A stretch of DNA of 64,000 bases from Takakia lepidozioides (GCA_030704615.1 CM060731.1:50282001-50346000); one strand, 5' to 3'. Shown: positions 1 through 12,910, numbered from the stretch's first letter. Notes: generated by a model from the sequence alone, not told the origin. Numbers and translations are program-made.

Positions 1-361
1 ATCAAACCAAGATCCCTGACTGTACTAGCTGATATTACAGAAAGCATGGCACCAGTGTCAATCTGGCCTAATACTTGGTAATCTCCCATTGTAATCATTA
101 CATGAAGCGCTTTAACCTTACCAGTATAAGCATACGAGATCGTGGGCTCAGCGTGTGCTGAGTACAAAGGCCTTGGTACATCCTTCACAACTTCTACACT
201 GTGAGTTGTCTCCCTTTGTTGGACCATTGCTCTTTCCACCACTTTGACCAGCCCTTTCAATTTGTCTAGCTCTCCGGGCACAGTCATGATCAGGTCCATG
301 GGCGACAACGATATTCTCCCTTTGTAGAAGTGGTTCAAGATTCTGGATTTCGTACCTCCTT

Positions 362-1450
362 CTATAGCATTTTGAAATTGTTCTTTGGGTAGATTTCACT
401 CTTGGTCTTGCTTGGCTGTTCACTGCTCTCACTATTCCTTTCTGGTGACCCTGTAGGTTCAACAATCGGACTCTGGACAGGTATGCGTGTCCTTGGAAGT
501 CTGACTTCATTGATACTATTTCGTGACATCAGATCTGTCATCTCTGCGAGTACATCATCCTCATCATCATAGAACACGTCTACAAAGTTAGTTCCCGGAG
601 TTCCCATCATAGTTTGGTCGAGTTTTCTACTGCACTCACTCTCCGTATGCCCGAGTAGCTTGCAAAAGTTGCATCTCACACCACACATTTCCGTGGAATG
701 CCCGAACCGGTGACATTTGTCACACTTAGCTGGGGTTCTTCCTTCAGGACAATATGCAGCTATGTGACCTTCTTTGTGACAAACATTACAAAGGCGAACA
801 CGAGGTGGTGTTCTAGATCCCGAGCTTTCTCCTATGACTGGTCCCCTATCAAAGTACTTCTGTAGGGTAGTGTTCAGCTGATCAAGTCTTCTGTCCACAG
901 GGTTAACAAACACAACTGACTCATCTGTATCATCTCCTTCCAATGGCTCTAGAGGTATTTCCCCTAACTTTCCCAGGCCCCTTTCAATCTCAATGGCTGT
1001 GTCAAGTGCTTCCTCTACATCAAGGAAGCGCCTGCCCAGCATTACTCTTGCTATTTCTGGTCTCAAACCTGCTGCAAATCTACGCCTCTGTTCCAAATCA
1101 GACGCCCCACTTCTTATAAATAACCGGTTCAACCTATCAAAGTATGTTTGAACCCTTTGTCTACTCTCCTGTTTAATGGTATCCATTCTTAGCCTAATTT
1201 CTGCCAAGTCAACGATACCAAACTTGGCTGAAATTGCTGCCCTGAAGTCCACCCAGTTGTTTGGTCTAGGGTTTTGTTTACGGTACCATTCATCAGCCTT
1301 GGCTCTCAGGTTGAGCCTTGCTACCTTGAAAGTTTTGTCCTCATTCAAATCCCTGACATCTGCCTCCATCTGAATTCTCTCCAGCCAGTCATTTACATCC
1401 TCACTATTCCTACCATGATAAGGCGCATCTATGCTGGTTGGACTGGTCAT
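362..1450 (-). CDS. Retrotransposon Gag with three CCHC zinc knuckles
   Basis: Retrotrans_gag-like N-half (LRAKADEWY...WVDFRAAISAKF, KQESRQRVQTYFDRL). Knuckles CNVCHKEGHIAAYC, CDKCHRFGHSTEMC, CNFCKLLGHTESEC. Confidence 0.9.
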   Translation of the reverse strand: MTSPTSIDAPYHGRNSEDVNDWLERIQMEADVRDLNEDKTFKVARLNLRAKADEWYRKQNPRPNNWVDFRAAISAKFGIVDLAEIRLRMDTIKQESRQRVQTYFDRLNRLFIRSGASDLEQRRRFAAGLRPEIARVMLGRRFLDVEEALDTAIEIERGLGKLGEIPLEPLEGDDTDESVVFVNPVDRRLDQLNTTLQKYFDRGPVIGESSGSRTPPRVRLCNVCHKEGHIAAYCPEGRTPAKCDKCHRFGHSTEMCGVRCNFCKLLGHTESECSRKLDQTMMGTPGTNFVDVFYDDEDDVLAEMTDLMSRNSINEVRLPRTRIPVQSPIVEPTGSPERNSESSEQPSKTKSEIYPKNNFKML

Positions 1451-1892
1451 CCTTCTATTCTCTAGTCAAAGTTCAAACTGTTTCAACACCTAATTCTGAC
1501 TCTAATTTCCCGCAACTTCCTTAATGTTGACCTCTATACCACTCCCACTGTCCATTTCGCAACATCTCTACTCTACCTCCCCATGTCACCTCTCGTGCCA
1601 TGGTATTTATCTTCACCCACCTTCCTAACTCTCTTATCCAAAGTGCTATGGTTGTTCTTCCACCAGTATGTATCACTCTAAGACATAAATCACCATTCGC
1701 TATTCTCCAAGCAGGGTTGAAGAAGTACAAACAAGGGTCTGCGTGTGCATTTGGTGTGCGTCTGCTGAAGCAAATCAGCACATCTCCAATGCTTGGTTCA
1801 TCAGGAATCAGTGTGTGGTCTCTTCCTGCCATCAAACCATCCAATACCAGTCAAGATCCCTAGCTAGTAGAAATCAAGATTTAACATCCTCA

Positions 1893-1905
1893 GGCTCTGA
1901 TACCA
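1893..1905 (-). promoter_or_regulatory. Primer-binding site complementary to the 3' end of initiator tRNA-Met
   Basis: Reverse complement reads TGGTATCAGAGCC and lies upstream of gag. Confidence 0.85.
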
Positions 1906-3411
1906 AAAGAAGGGGCGTGAATCCCCTTCTGTGCAAGTCTAGTTGTGCTCCTCCCCAGGTCAATTGGAGGGAAGGAAAGGAGCTCTCCTCTCAGGTGATC
2001 CAACCATCGTCACTCGGTGTGGGTTTCCCTCAGGTCCTTCATGATCAGAGTTCACACAATCCTCATCCACGCCGCAGCGGAAGAGAAGACATGGATGGGG
2101 AGTCTGTATTGTTTTCACCCGTGGTTCTACTTCTACACGACATCCTCTCCCTGGTACACTGCACCAGCCATGTTACCATGCTGTCTTCAGTGATGCAACC
2201 AGCCCTACGTCAGTGATGACCACTGCCCTTGTGGGCAGCTCCCTTGGTCAGCAACAAGTGGAATCCCCTTTGTAATAAGATCACGATTTGGAAGGAGGCA
2301 ACTCAGATCTGCCATGAGTTGCAGGCCCACCAGTTTGGCCCTTCATGGGTTCATGCTTTCTTTATCTTACCGCCCCAATCATCCATTCCTCTCCATCCCC
2401 TCTTGCTGGTCAGCTCTCTCCCTTATGTCCTTTTCTCTCTCCCTTCTCTTTCTTTCAGGGTGAGTAGGTTCCTCACTCTTTCCACTGTAGCATGTCTATG
2501 ATGCAATGCAATGCGCATTCAGCCAAGCATCCAGTGCACCCAGCATTGAAATCAACCTTGGTCACACAAGATATAATCAGCCCTTTTATCAGTCCCTCTC
2601 TTGCCAATGACAGATGCTTCACACTCCACTTTTCCCAGGTGTAGCCATTTGCCCAAGACAGCTCTCAACCCTTCTACAGGTCTCAATTTACACACCCTGA
2701 CAGCTCTCTTTTTCCCATCAACTGTGAACCTCAGTGGTTCACATGCTGAGAGCACCCTGAGAATCAGATCCAAACCCAAACAGATGTTGGTTTTTCTGCC
2801 CCATCCACATCATCCCTTCTTGTTGTTTCCAAACAGTTCTATCTAACTCTCACTGGTTTCCTCTACCTACTAAGCTAGTTCCACATTGACTGCAATGTGT
2901 CAACATCCCAGGCTAGATTGTTTGTACAAGCTCATGACGCTGAAACAAGAAACAAGAATACAACAACAGCAACCATTCTGTCCCAGCAACGAATCAACCC
3001 TGTTTCCATTCATTTTTCCTACTGTACAATGTAACAGCAGGTGCATCCATCTCCAGTCCATCCTGGTTTGAAGTCCAGTGTCTTCATTCCATTTCCAAAG
3101 CTCTTTTTCTTCCTCACATGTCAGTGTCTCTTACTACATACAAGAGACAGTCCAAACTTCACAAAGCGATTTCTAAGTCACCCCAAAAAGAGAAAACCAC
3201 TCTTCAAACTTATCTGTCTTATACTCATTGAAGCGGTGGGTCTGCCTGTCACGAAGGCACCTTGTCCTCTCCCTCGTCAGCCATTTCCGACGTCTCTTCT
3301 TATCGTGATTCCAGTCCTCATTAAGGCATGACGGCTCTGCTTCAGCTGCTGGCACATCCTTGTGTCTGCCAACCTCTACCCTATCCTTCTACATGTGCAT
3401 TTCTTCCCTAT

Positions 3412-3876
3412 GAAGTGATCTGGTCCTACAGCCTTTAAGACAGAGAGCAGATACAAAACTTAATTATAGATAGCTTAAGCGCCATACACACCAGAAGGCG
3501 GCACCGCTTCCTCTTGCACAGAATGCCAAGCCAGATCCCTTAACGTCGCTCTTTAAGGCAAGCTGATTCCCTTACAAAGTGATCTGGTCCTAAAGCTCAA
3601 AAACAGACAGCAGCTACAAGATTTGATCACAGACAACCTGAGGCGCTATACACACCAGCCTGCATTTCTCATCCCCCAACACCTGCTGAGCCGCTCCATC
3701 TCCTCATTAATGTGCTCATCAAGACAATGGCGACAGCAGTGGTGCACCGCCCTTATCACAAACCTGATCCCTCTGGTTTGATCATTGCTTACGAAGAAGG
3801 CGGCACCGCTTCTTCTTGCACAGAAAGCCAAGCAGGAGCTCTTAACATTTCTCTTAAAAGCAAGCTGATACCCTTT
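3412..3876. repeat. Imperfect local duplications of ~80-165 bp modules
   Basis: aagtgatctggtccta... at ~3413 and ~3578. gaaggcggcaccgctt..tcttgcacaga..gccaagc at ~3494 and ~3796. Confidence 0.75.
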
Positions 3877-6352
3877 GCGTAGGTGGAACTTTCTCAGATA
3901 TCCTGTGCTGCCAACACCACTGCAGCAGCTGCGAAAAGATACACGCACTCTTCCCCTTCGAATTTCACATCCTGCTTCTAGGGTTCAACATCATGGATGA
4001 AAATCATTCATCCTAGGGATGAAAAGGCGCATGTCATAACTTAGCCATATTTTGTTCTTGGCAGATCAATAGCATAGTCTTTCCATGGAATTACCTCAAG
4101 TTATGGACAATTCCTCCCCTTCATTAGCACGAAGGGCACTCCCTTTGTAGTAGTGCCGAAACCTGATGCCAAACAAAACTTGAATTTTTACCCCCTGCAC
4201 TCACACTACAAGCCCGTCCTCTACTGGCTTCTGAAGGCTCAGGCCGATTCACCCCCCCCCAACGCTAATGAAGCAACAGGGTAGAAGACAGATTCAATTG
4301 CAGCAGACACCTTCACTTGCAAGGATGAGGAAGCAGAAGGCAATCAGGGCGACGGGCGAACAATCTCCCGCAAACTGCTTCCACGAGCTGAAGCTCAGTT
4401 CCTGGAGGATTCCTCCTCTGCCAAGATGTTGGGGCCGACTCTGCTGCAGCGAAGGCAATGGGATCGACCGTTGATCTCGATTTGGTACCGGAGGAGGTTT
4501 GCTGCCGCTCAACGTTCGCAGCAAGACCTCACCACCAAATGAGCAAGCAGGCCCGGAGGAGGCCTCTGCAATGGCAAATTGCCCGCAGACAGGCCCCAGA
4601 GTGCAGCTCCAGTTGAGGATGCTCAGCTGCTTCGCCACTACCGGCACCTACAGACATTTCCGGAGTGCAGCGGATAAAATAATGGAGGAGACACCAGTAG
4701 CATTGGCAGAGTTCTGGGCAGAGGGTATTCCAGCGGACTCTTTGAATCCCACTCTGTCGCATGGTCCCCTTCCCATCGTCAGGCAGGCCTTCCCGAGATG
4801 TGGATAAGCTCAAGTTCGCATTTCGAGAAGGGTAACCGTCTTGGAATGAGGACGGCAAAAACTCGTGGACCCACTGCCGATGAATGTCAACGTGGGTATA
4901 CCCACTGGCACACTCGACACCGACGGAATTCGAGGCGACGCTGAAGGGATGATCAGACTTCGGCCATAGTCGGGTAAAATGTTCTTTGTGTGGGACGGAA
5001 TCACCGACTTCTCGCCTGGTGGGAGTACATCAAGCAGAACCATGCCAAGCACATTGGCTGGCATTACATGGTGGAGCCTGTGTCATCCTGAAGGTGAAGG
5101 CGGGCAGACTCCTCTTGCTCAAAGAATGCCATGGCGGACCTCAACTCGTAAGATACTCATACCCTCCCTAGCATGTTCGAAAGGTGGTGCCGCATTTCGG
5201 TTTCCATTCTGGTTTGTTTCCGTGCTTCCGTTGTACTGAACTGGAGAGTGTGCCTTGCAGGGTCACTGAGAATGCGTACGTGCATACCCACATGGCACAT
5301 ATGCTGTACAGGGTTGGAGGAAAACTGGTTTCACTGATCCGCAGATGTTTGCGAAATGCTGGAGCCCGAGCTCATTCAGAAGCCGTTGCAAAAACAGACA
5401 GGACCCTTGTATCGTCTCACTATGGATGGAATGGTGGAGGTGATATACGAAGTAGTAAGTCGGTCCTCCATTTCCCTCTGCTCATCCTTCCCCAATTTCA
5501 AGATAGTATCTGTTTCCAGGCGATGAACGAATTGCTAACAATGCTTCTGCGCTTTTTTGTGGACAGGTACAACACATCAAATTCAAGCGGGATTTGAGCC
5601 ATGCAACGCTTCTTCATGGAACGTGAGGAGGGCAGGTTCAAAAACGGTTGCCAGTCATGACTGAGCACGTGAAGGGAAGCCGGGTGTGTCACCAAATACA
5701 AGTCAAAGCTTGTGAAGCTGGTGGCAATTGCAGATCCGGCACTTGGAAGGACTCATCCCCGAGATTGCAAAACACTATTCTCGGGCCATGCAGCCGACCA
5801 TGCAATTGGGAGAAACTGCATCACCTCTCAACGGATGTGTGGAGGCGAAAGAGAAGTGAGGTTTCAATGCACTGAAGTTCCTTCTAGCAATAGCCACTCT
5901 CTTCCAGCTCTTGACATTGGATCGAAATGGCAGACACCTGTGGCTGTCGATCTGGAATGCTCCGAGAGCATAAGGACAATGTGGTCTTTTTCCACTGGAA
6001 GTTTCCGACCCTGCAGTGGATGTGTGGCTCACCGTATGACTTGGTGGTTCCAGGTAATTCAGGTACTTCCCCAGATTTGCTTTTCTGACATGAATCCCCT
6101 GAATTCCCTGACAAGGCATTTGGGAATCGCAGGTAATGTCGAATGCGAAGGAGCAAGTCGTATGCACACAAATTCGTTCGGCTTGTACGTCAAATGGGAT
6201 GGAACACACAGACATTGGAAGACTCGTGACACGTTTCAGATGTGCGTACAAGGACAACCTTTTCGCCAGAGGCTACAGACAGCAAGAAGGAGCGTGGAGT
6301 TTACACATCAGGAGGGAGCGGGAAAGCTGCAATGCGAATTGTTTACAGGTGA

Positions 6353-6852
6353 NNNNNNNNNNNNNNNNNNNNNNNNNNNNNNNNNNNNNNNNNNNNNNNN
6401 NNNNNNNNNNNNNNNNNNNNNNNNNNNNNNNNNNNNNNNNNNNNNNNNNNNNNNNNNNNNNNNNNNNNNNNNNNNNNNNNNNNNNNNNNNNNNNNNNNNN
6501 NNNNNNNNNNNNNNNNNNNNNNNNNNNNNNNNNNNNNNNNNNNNNNNNNNNNNNNNNNNNNNNNNNNNNNNNNNNNNNNNNNNNNNNNNNNNNNNNNNNN
6601 NNNNNNNNNNNNNNNNNNNNNNNNNNNNNNNNNNNNNNNNNNNNNNNNNNNNNNNNNNNNNNNNNNNNNNNNNNNNNNNNNNNNNNNNNNNNNNNNNNNN
6701 NNNNNNNNNNNNNNNNNNNNNNNNNNNNNNNNNNNNNNNNNNNNNNNNNNNNNNNNNNNNNNNNNNNNNNNNNNNNNNNNNNNNNNNNNNNNNNNNNNNN
6801 NNNNNNNNNNNNNNNNNNNNNNNNNNNNNNNNNNNNNNNNNNNNNNNNNNNN
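6353..6852. other. Assembly gap (500 N)
   Basis: Run of n. ORFs spanning it are artefacts. Confidence 1.
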
Positions 6853-7505
6853 CGCGTGACCGTTACACATAGTCGTTTCCTTATTAGTGCACATGCCAGC
6901 AATTGGTGTACAGCTGTTCGTATTCAGTTATGGATGTCTGACGTGTGCCGCCCAAAAAAACGGCGTGTTCTTTATTATAACGGTTCAATATTTAAAAAGA
7001 ACAGCGAATCCCAGAAATTGATGCGCAGTCTTAAACAAATAAATATAAATGAACGAGAGTTTGATGACAAATTTTGGAATATCATACACGGTCATCCTTG
7101 TTATCCAAACCCCACATTCGTTTCACATTTGGAACTTTCCAGGTGCGCATGATCATTGGTAGTAGTATATAGATACATTTACTTAATCTGCAATCCCATT
7201 CTCAGATCCTGTGGCATGCTTCCAGGAAGTCGGCTTTGTTATTGGGTTTATTGATGAGGTTCTGATTAACGGTTTAACAGTTGCCGACACTGCCCCTAGG
7301 GATACTCTGACCACTGGGCCCACAAGAAAAGTAATTAAAATGGACGGCTGCATATCTGGAATGAATAACAGAATATGCACAGTCGTTATCTGAGCTTCCT
7401 CCGCCATATTCTCTGCTCATTCTTCAACTGTGTTCTGGAGACAGCAGTAAACCGATTTACACTAGATCTGCGATAGCAAGGTACAAACATACTCGAGGAA
7501 GGAAG

Positions 7506-10500
7506 ATGGCTTCCTCTGAAGCGGAGTTCTTCTCAGACGACAAACCAGTGCCGTTCTCCCAGGAAGTCCTTGACAATGGATTTGCAATTGTTCTGGAACA
7601 TGTCTTGGCTACCCGTTTTCAGCTGCAGAATGGCTCCATCTTTTTGGAGAAAGAGGTTTACGATCTGAAAGGGAAGTTGGTGAAATATTCTTTCCAAAAC
7701 CGTGATGAGACGGCTCATATCAGCCAGTGGAGAGTGCGTCCTGGTCGATACAGGTACTTGGAGAGCCTCGGCGAAAGTCCCTTGGGTCATATGTGACGCC
7801 CGGACTGCTGCTTCGGTCGTTGAAGACAAGAGGGAGGTGGTGGTGAAAAAAGAACAGACTTCCTCCACTCCAATCGTTGAGCTTTCGGATTCTTCCGATG
7901 ATGACATAAGTGAAATTCCAAATCCAGTCCTTCCTACTGTGGTTACAGAAGCTGATGAAGAAGAGATTTGTAGTGTCATTCCAAAATTGCGGGCGATGGG
8001 AGGAATGGCTGGATTCAAAAGTGAGTTGCGGGGAATTGATTGGGAATCTTTGAAGCAGGTGCCTGTGAAGTTCTTGCCGGAGACTTTTGATGGCGATATC
8101 CTATTCGAGCTGCCTCCTCCTCCGCGAGTTGGAGGTGTAACAATCATGATGCATGGAATGGACAAGAAACACGACGGGCACCCGTGGTGCAGAACAAAAA
8201 CATCCAATATTCAGAATGATGACAAGCTTGTTTTCAGGAGGACAGTTTGCAATGGACACCTTAGGTGTGATAATTTGAATTGCAGACACTTTCTTCAGTC
8301 TGGTGTTCATAATCAAAGCGAATGGGAGGGTCTGGCGGAGAATCCATTTCAGCCTGGGACTGCCCCTCCACCGGCAAACACTTTCGTCTGCAAATTCTGC
8401 AAACTTGTGCCATCCTGCTTGGCGCTCTGCGGAGCAAGAATGTACTATGTTGTCCACCGTTTGAATACAATGACGAGAGCTTGTGTGCATTTTGGATTCC
8501 ATAACCATCCTGTCTCGAAGGGGGATTACAGGGAGAGTGTTGAGACAGTATCGAGGTTGATCAAACAGAGTTCGGGAGAAACCCATCCGCAACAACATCT
8601 GCAATTGCTCTTGGCGCAAGCAAGTCCTTCTTGGAAAGCCATATTTTGAGTGAAGGAGATTCTGTGGGGACTAAACTTGACGGTGCAGCATTGGACCTGG
8701 TCATGGATCATTTCTCCACTTTAAGTTCACCTAACATTCGGCATCAATCAATGCATTGAGAATGGGCTCTGGGATCAGAGGCTACATAGACAATATTTTG
8801 GAATTGAAACGAGTGAGCAAGTACGATTACATCCAGGACAATGTATTCCCAGGTCAAGGTGCCATCAAAGTTTTTCTTTTCAAAATGTCGACTGTTGGGG
8901 AGGGCAGTGGGGTTAGCCTCGTGAAGCGGATGCAGAAGACTGGGGACTTGCAGAACTGTTTTCTTATGTTTGATCATGTGAAACGAGTGAAGGATTGGAC
9001 GACAATGGCTTGTCATGTCTACGATCCAGTGTACCAACGAGTTATGACAATTGCAGTTTGTGACATGCAATCCGAGGATACGGAATCCCAGAAGCTCATG
9101 TGGAATTCCCTGATACGTGTCATGGGCTGCCATCTCCAAATTTCGCAGGTTTCATGGCGGATAGTGCTCAAGCAAATTTCAATGCTGTTCGTATTGTCTT
9201 CGGATCGGGCGACCCAAAAGTGCCTATGCCAGGAAGAGAGCGTACATGTCTATTCCATTGGACACAATCTCTGGAAAAACATACAAAGTCGGACATCAAA
9301 CCAGAGATGCAGACTCAGCACCGTAAATTGTGCAAAGAGTACAAAGATGCTAGAACAATGAAGGAGGCGGACACTTTGTTCCAGACAATTCGTGCCTGGT
9401 GGTTCTCTTCTGGAGCTGCATCACTTGAGAGTATGAGAGCATTGGAAGATTGGCTGGCGTTTTGGCACTTCCGGTATAGACAGTGGGGAGCAGCCATGAC
9501 AATGGTACGAGGCTTCTATTTCATGCTTTATTCATACATTTGCTTTCCATATTTTTGACTCATTGCTTTCTTTATGTTGTTTCCTGTGCACTATTCTGAA
9601 GTGTGGTTATCCTCTTTGCAGAACATGTCCATTGAGGAAATGGCGGACATGCCATCTTGCAATTTGGCAGAAACTGTGCACAATGCATGGTTGCAGCAGT
9701 CTGGGAAACGAGGTCGGGATTTGTATGTGGCAACAACAGATGATTTGATACGTGCCTTGCAACAACAAACCCGATACCGTGATTTCTTACGAGGTGGGGT
9801 TGGTGGCAAGGGTCCGGACAAATGGGAGTTGATGTTGCGTGCTGCAAACAGATCTGGGGATCCAATCAAGATAGCACGGGCGGTGAGCATGTATGCCCAG
9901 GGAACGCCACTTGTTTCTAGAGTTCCACATCTTGAAGGGGAGGAGAGATTCGGCTCCTGTAAGAGGAAATTGAACACTCCACCTGGTTCGGATTCAGATT
10001 CCCACAGGGCAGACCGTGATAACTTCTCGAAGCCTCGTGTTCCCCTGCATGACAGCTCCATGTCCGGAACCTCCATTGTGGAGGAACCTCCAACACGACG
10101 GCAAGCTCCAGCATCAAACCGTGCCACTGAAATGGTGCAGGAGAGAAACAACCCCCTTGATGTGCTTGAGTCCGCATGCCCCGACCACGTTTGGCACATA
10201 GAACGCACAAGTGTCGGGTCTCGTGTGAAATGTACAGCGATCAGGGCAACTAATTTTGAGAAGTGCACTTCATCTATATCCAGAGGTGGTGCCCGAACTC
10301 CTGCTCCGACTTTCACGGGCTTGATGCGTCCATACGGTCAACTAGAAGCCAAGAACCACAAGTTCTGGTTCTGCGCAGATGATTGTGCCAGATGTGTGCA
10401 TGGAACTGTGCGTCCTTCCGTAGTGATGAAGCCATCTCCTCCAACCGTTTGGCCCGTGAAGGTGGGAACACATCTCAGCTTTCAGGAGATTGAAATGCTG

Positions 10501-11007
10501 GAGGAGGCAGGTTTTTCCCTTGCGAGACAACCCCAACTCCATGCATGTGCTACTACTCCTGCGTCCTCCCGGGTCCCCCCGGCAAATCCTGACTTGTGGC
10601 CAACCAAACGAGATGGAAAGCTCGTTCGGCGTTTCCCTCCAACCGCTGAACACTTTGGCAAAGTGGAGTCCGCAAGAATGCTCCAAGCTCGTGTCGGAAG
10701 CACCACGGAAGTACCCGATCCAGGATATGGTCGGGTATTCACAATCATCACTTCCACATCTGCTGTTCATGACAAGACCTACGACATCACGGTTTCCAAT
10801 TTCCCCAATTGCACATGTCCTGATTTTGTGAATATGCTATCAACCAGTTTGGGCAAGAGAGGTAAATTCATACCCTGCAAACATTTGTATTTCATATTTT
10901 TGAGGAGGATGGTTTGTGATCCCAAACGTGACAACTTCATTCACCAGGCCACTATGAGTTTCAACGAGGTCGATACTCTTTTGCAGCGGGATACAACACA
11001 TGGGTAG
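7506..11007 (+). mobile_element. MULE/Mutator-superfamily transposase (GCM/WRKY-like Zn finger, DDE core, SWIM), frameshifted
   Basis: Zn finger CNGHLRCDNLNC...CKFC...CVHFGFHNHP. Catalytic D in FLMFDHVKR, D in GFMADSAQ, CLFHW (CxxH), E in NLAETVH. SWIM CTCPDF...PCKHL. Intron 9505-9621. Frameshifts near 7700, 8575, 8750 and 9130. Confidence 0.85.
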
Positions 11008-11439
11008 CATGAACTATGTAATGTGGTATGTGGATGACCATGATTTGAAATGTGTAATTCACATCAATTCGTCGGCTGTGCAACGATATGGCCTCCAACT
11101 ATACGGAGTGAGGTCTGAGTGACAACTTTTAGGTAGTGCACATTTGTCATTGCACCGTTCGAAGTCTACATGTCTTGCTGTCGCTATGTACTACAATCAT
11201 CTTTTGAAGATGATTATAACTCTCATTGTTATTTGAGGAGGGAGGAAGTCTTCTCGTGGCAGCCTTTATGGCGCACACTTTGTGAGAATATTTTGTCGTC
11301 TTCGTAATTGTAAAAGTGAAACAAGCATTTGTAATTGCACAATGTTGGATGCTGCAATTGTAGGCCTCAACGCTCGTCTTGATTCTATTTAGGCAAGATT
11401 CCCTGCATTAATTCCACGGTAATAGGACCATCCACGGTT

Positions 11440-11610
11440 ATAGGCGGCGCATGTTAATGCTGACGTGGCAGTTGACGGACAATGCCACGTCATCATTTAC
11501 CGCCACATCAGCATGCTGACATGACGCTCACGCCACGTCACTCCTGCGTGAGCGTACGCTCGCGCGCTCACGTGCAACGCTCACGCCATTGCGTCGTTGC
11601 TCCCAGACTA
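11440..11610. repeat. Palindrome-rich segment (TGCTGACGTGGCA/TGCCACGTCA, GCTCACG/CGTGAGC), probable DNA-transposon subterminal region
   Basis: Several nested inverted repeats are directly visible, ending in gcaacg...cgttgc then CTAG. Confidence 0.55.
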
Positions 11611-11852
11611 GGTATCAGACCCAGCAGTCCTAGCCTCAGCAGCGTACTACTCGCACATTCAAGCTCAGCAGACTCGGGTGCACAGTGCATGGAAAAATTG
11701 ACACCATTGTGTCCATTGAGTTTAGTGACAACATTACAAAACATGCCAGCACCCACAATACACAAAAGTGCTCATCACCACTGGAATAGTAAGCGAAAAG
11801 ACTCGCATTTTTTATTTCGGTACATAGACTTCACAGGACAAGTACATCATAC

Positions 11853-12300
11853 TCATGAGAGCAGTTTCTCTACATTGTCCAACCCCCGCACGATATACTG
11901 GGCACACTGCATTCGCTGCCCAAGTGCAAACTTGAAAGAAAACCAGCCCTTCGTGAAAGGTGTTCCTCTCTCTGGCTTTGCAGTCTTGGAGACATTTGCT
12001 CTGACTTTTACCCACTCATAAAACACTTGAATGAATGACATGACGTAAAAGCCACACTCCCAGCTGAATGGTTGCTGGGGCACATCAGGCGCGTGGAACT
12101 GATATGGTTGGACAATCTCATGCCACTCTGGTGAGTCCATCGAGTACCCTAAGCACTGCACATGAAGCTTCCGAATCCACCCTAGAACAAATGGACATTT
12201 ATGCAAGTCCCTGATAGAGTTCAGGTGAGTGTAACAGCCCTTGCGGAGGTCGATGATACAAACACTCCAGTGCCCCCTGCAATGGTATCAACCAACATGG
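11853..12300 (-). pseudogene. Ulp1-like (peptidase C48) cysteine protease fragment, transposon-associated
   Basis: WLIP / (frameshift) HCRGHWSVCIIDLRKGCYTHLNSI ... DVPQQPFSWECGFYVMSFI. His motif and QQxxxxECG Cys motif are present. Confidence 0.75.
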
Positions 12301-12509
12301 CGTCATTGCACAATCATTATGGGCAGACTCAGCAGACTGACACTCAGCACACCGACCACTCAACAGACTCAACACTCAGCAGACTCAACTAGTGGTGATT
12401 CAAGCCTCGTGGTGTCTGATCAGATTCAGGGAGTTGAAGCGTTGCATAATTGGAAGTTGTGAAACAACCGTTTAAAAGAGTTAATACACTACAAATTTCT
12501 CAAGAATGG

Positions 12510-12910
12510 TACTTGGGTTTAGTGGTTAAAGAAGTTATTTGTGCACCATAGGGCAAAGGTTCAAACCTTGTTCTTACAACATTTCCTTGTAGTTAGTTTT
12601 TTTTAAAGATTCCTTGGATAGATCTTAGAAATGAATGTTAAATAGTTAAATTACTGCTTATATCCTCACAAATCCATCTTGGTCTGTTGGTTAGGGACCT
12701 TCGTTGCATCGCCAAGGTTGAGGGATCAATTCTCACTTGTTACAATTGAGTTAGTTTTGCTTATACTTCTTTTAATAAAAAAAACCTTTGTAATAGCCCT
12801 ATAAGTACTTAGATAGACAAAATGGTTTTGAATATAACTTGAGGGACTTACCGGTTAGAGATTTCGCTTGAACATTTGAGGTTGGGGTTTCAAATCTCAA
12901 TAGTCGCCAC
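12510..12910 (+). repeat. Three degenerate tRNA-like (Pol III A/B-box) units in tandem
   Basis: A/B pairs: tgggtttagtgg/ggttcaaacc (12514/12558), tggtctgttgg/ggatcaattc (12680/12723), and a weaker third (~12843/12887). Each is followed by a T-rich tract. Confidence 0.45.

Larger units (their letters stand above)
1..1905 (-). mobile_element. Ty3/Gypsy-like LTR retrotransposon 5' internal region (PBS, extra ORF, gag, degenerate protease), continuing off the left edge
   Basis: PBS TGGTATCAGAGCC at 1905-1893. Gag ORF 1450-362. Frameshifted aspartic protease HVMITMGDYQVLGQIDTGAMLSVISA near 105-20. Confidence 0.85.

Noticed and set aside
1893-1905. Endogenous caulimovirus origin
   Set aside because: Same tRNA-Met site, but the downstream ORF is a retrotransposon-type Gag and no movement protein is evident.
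5712-7152. Long ORFs of 183-386 aa
   Set aside because: They are inflated by the 500-N gap.
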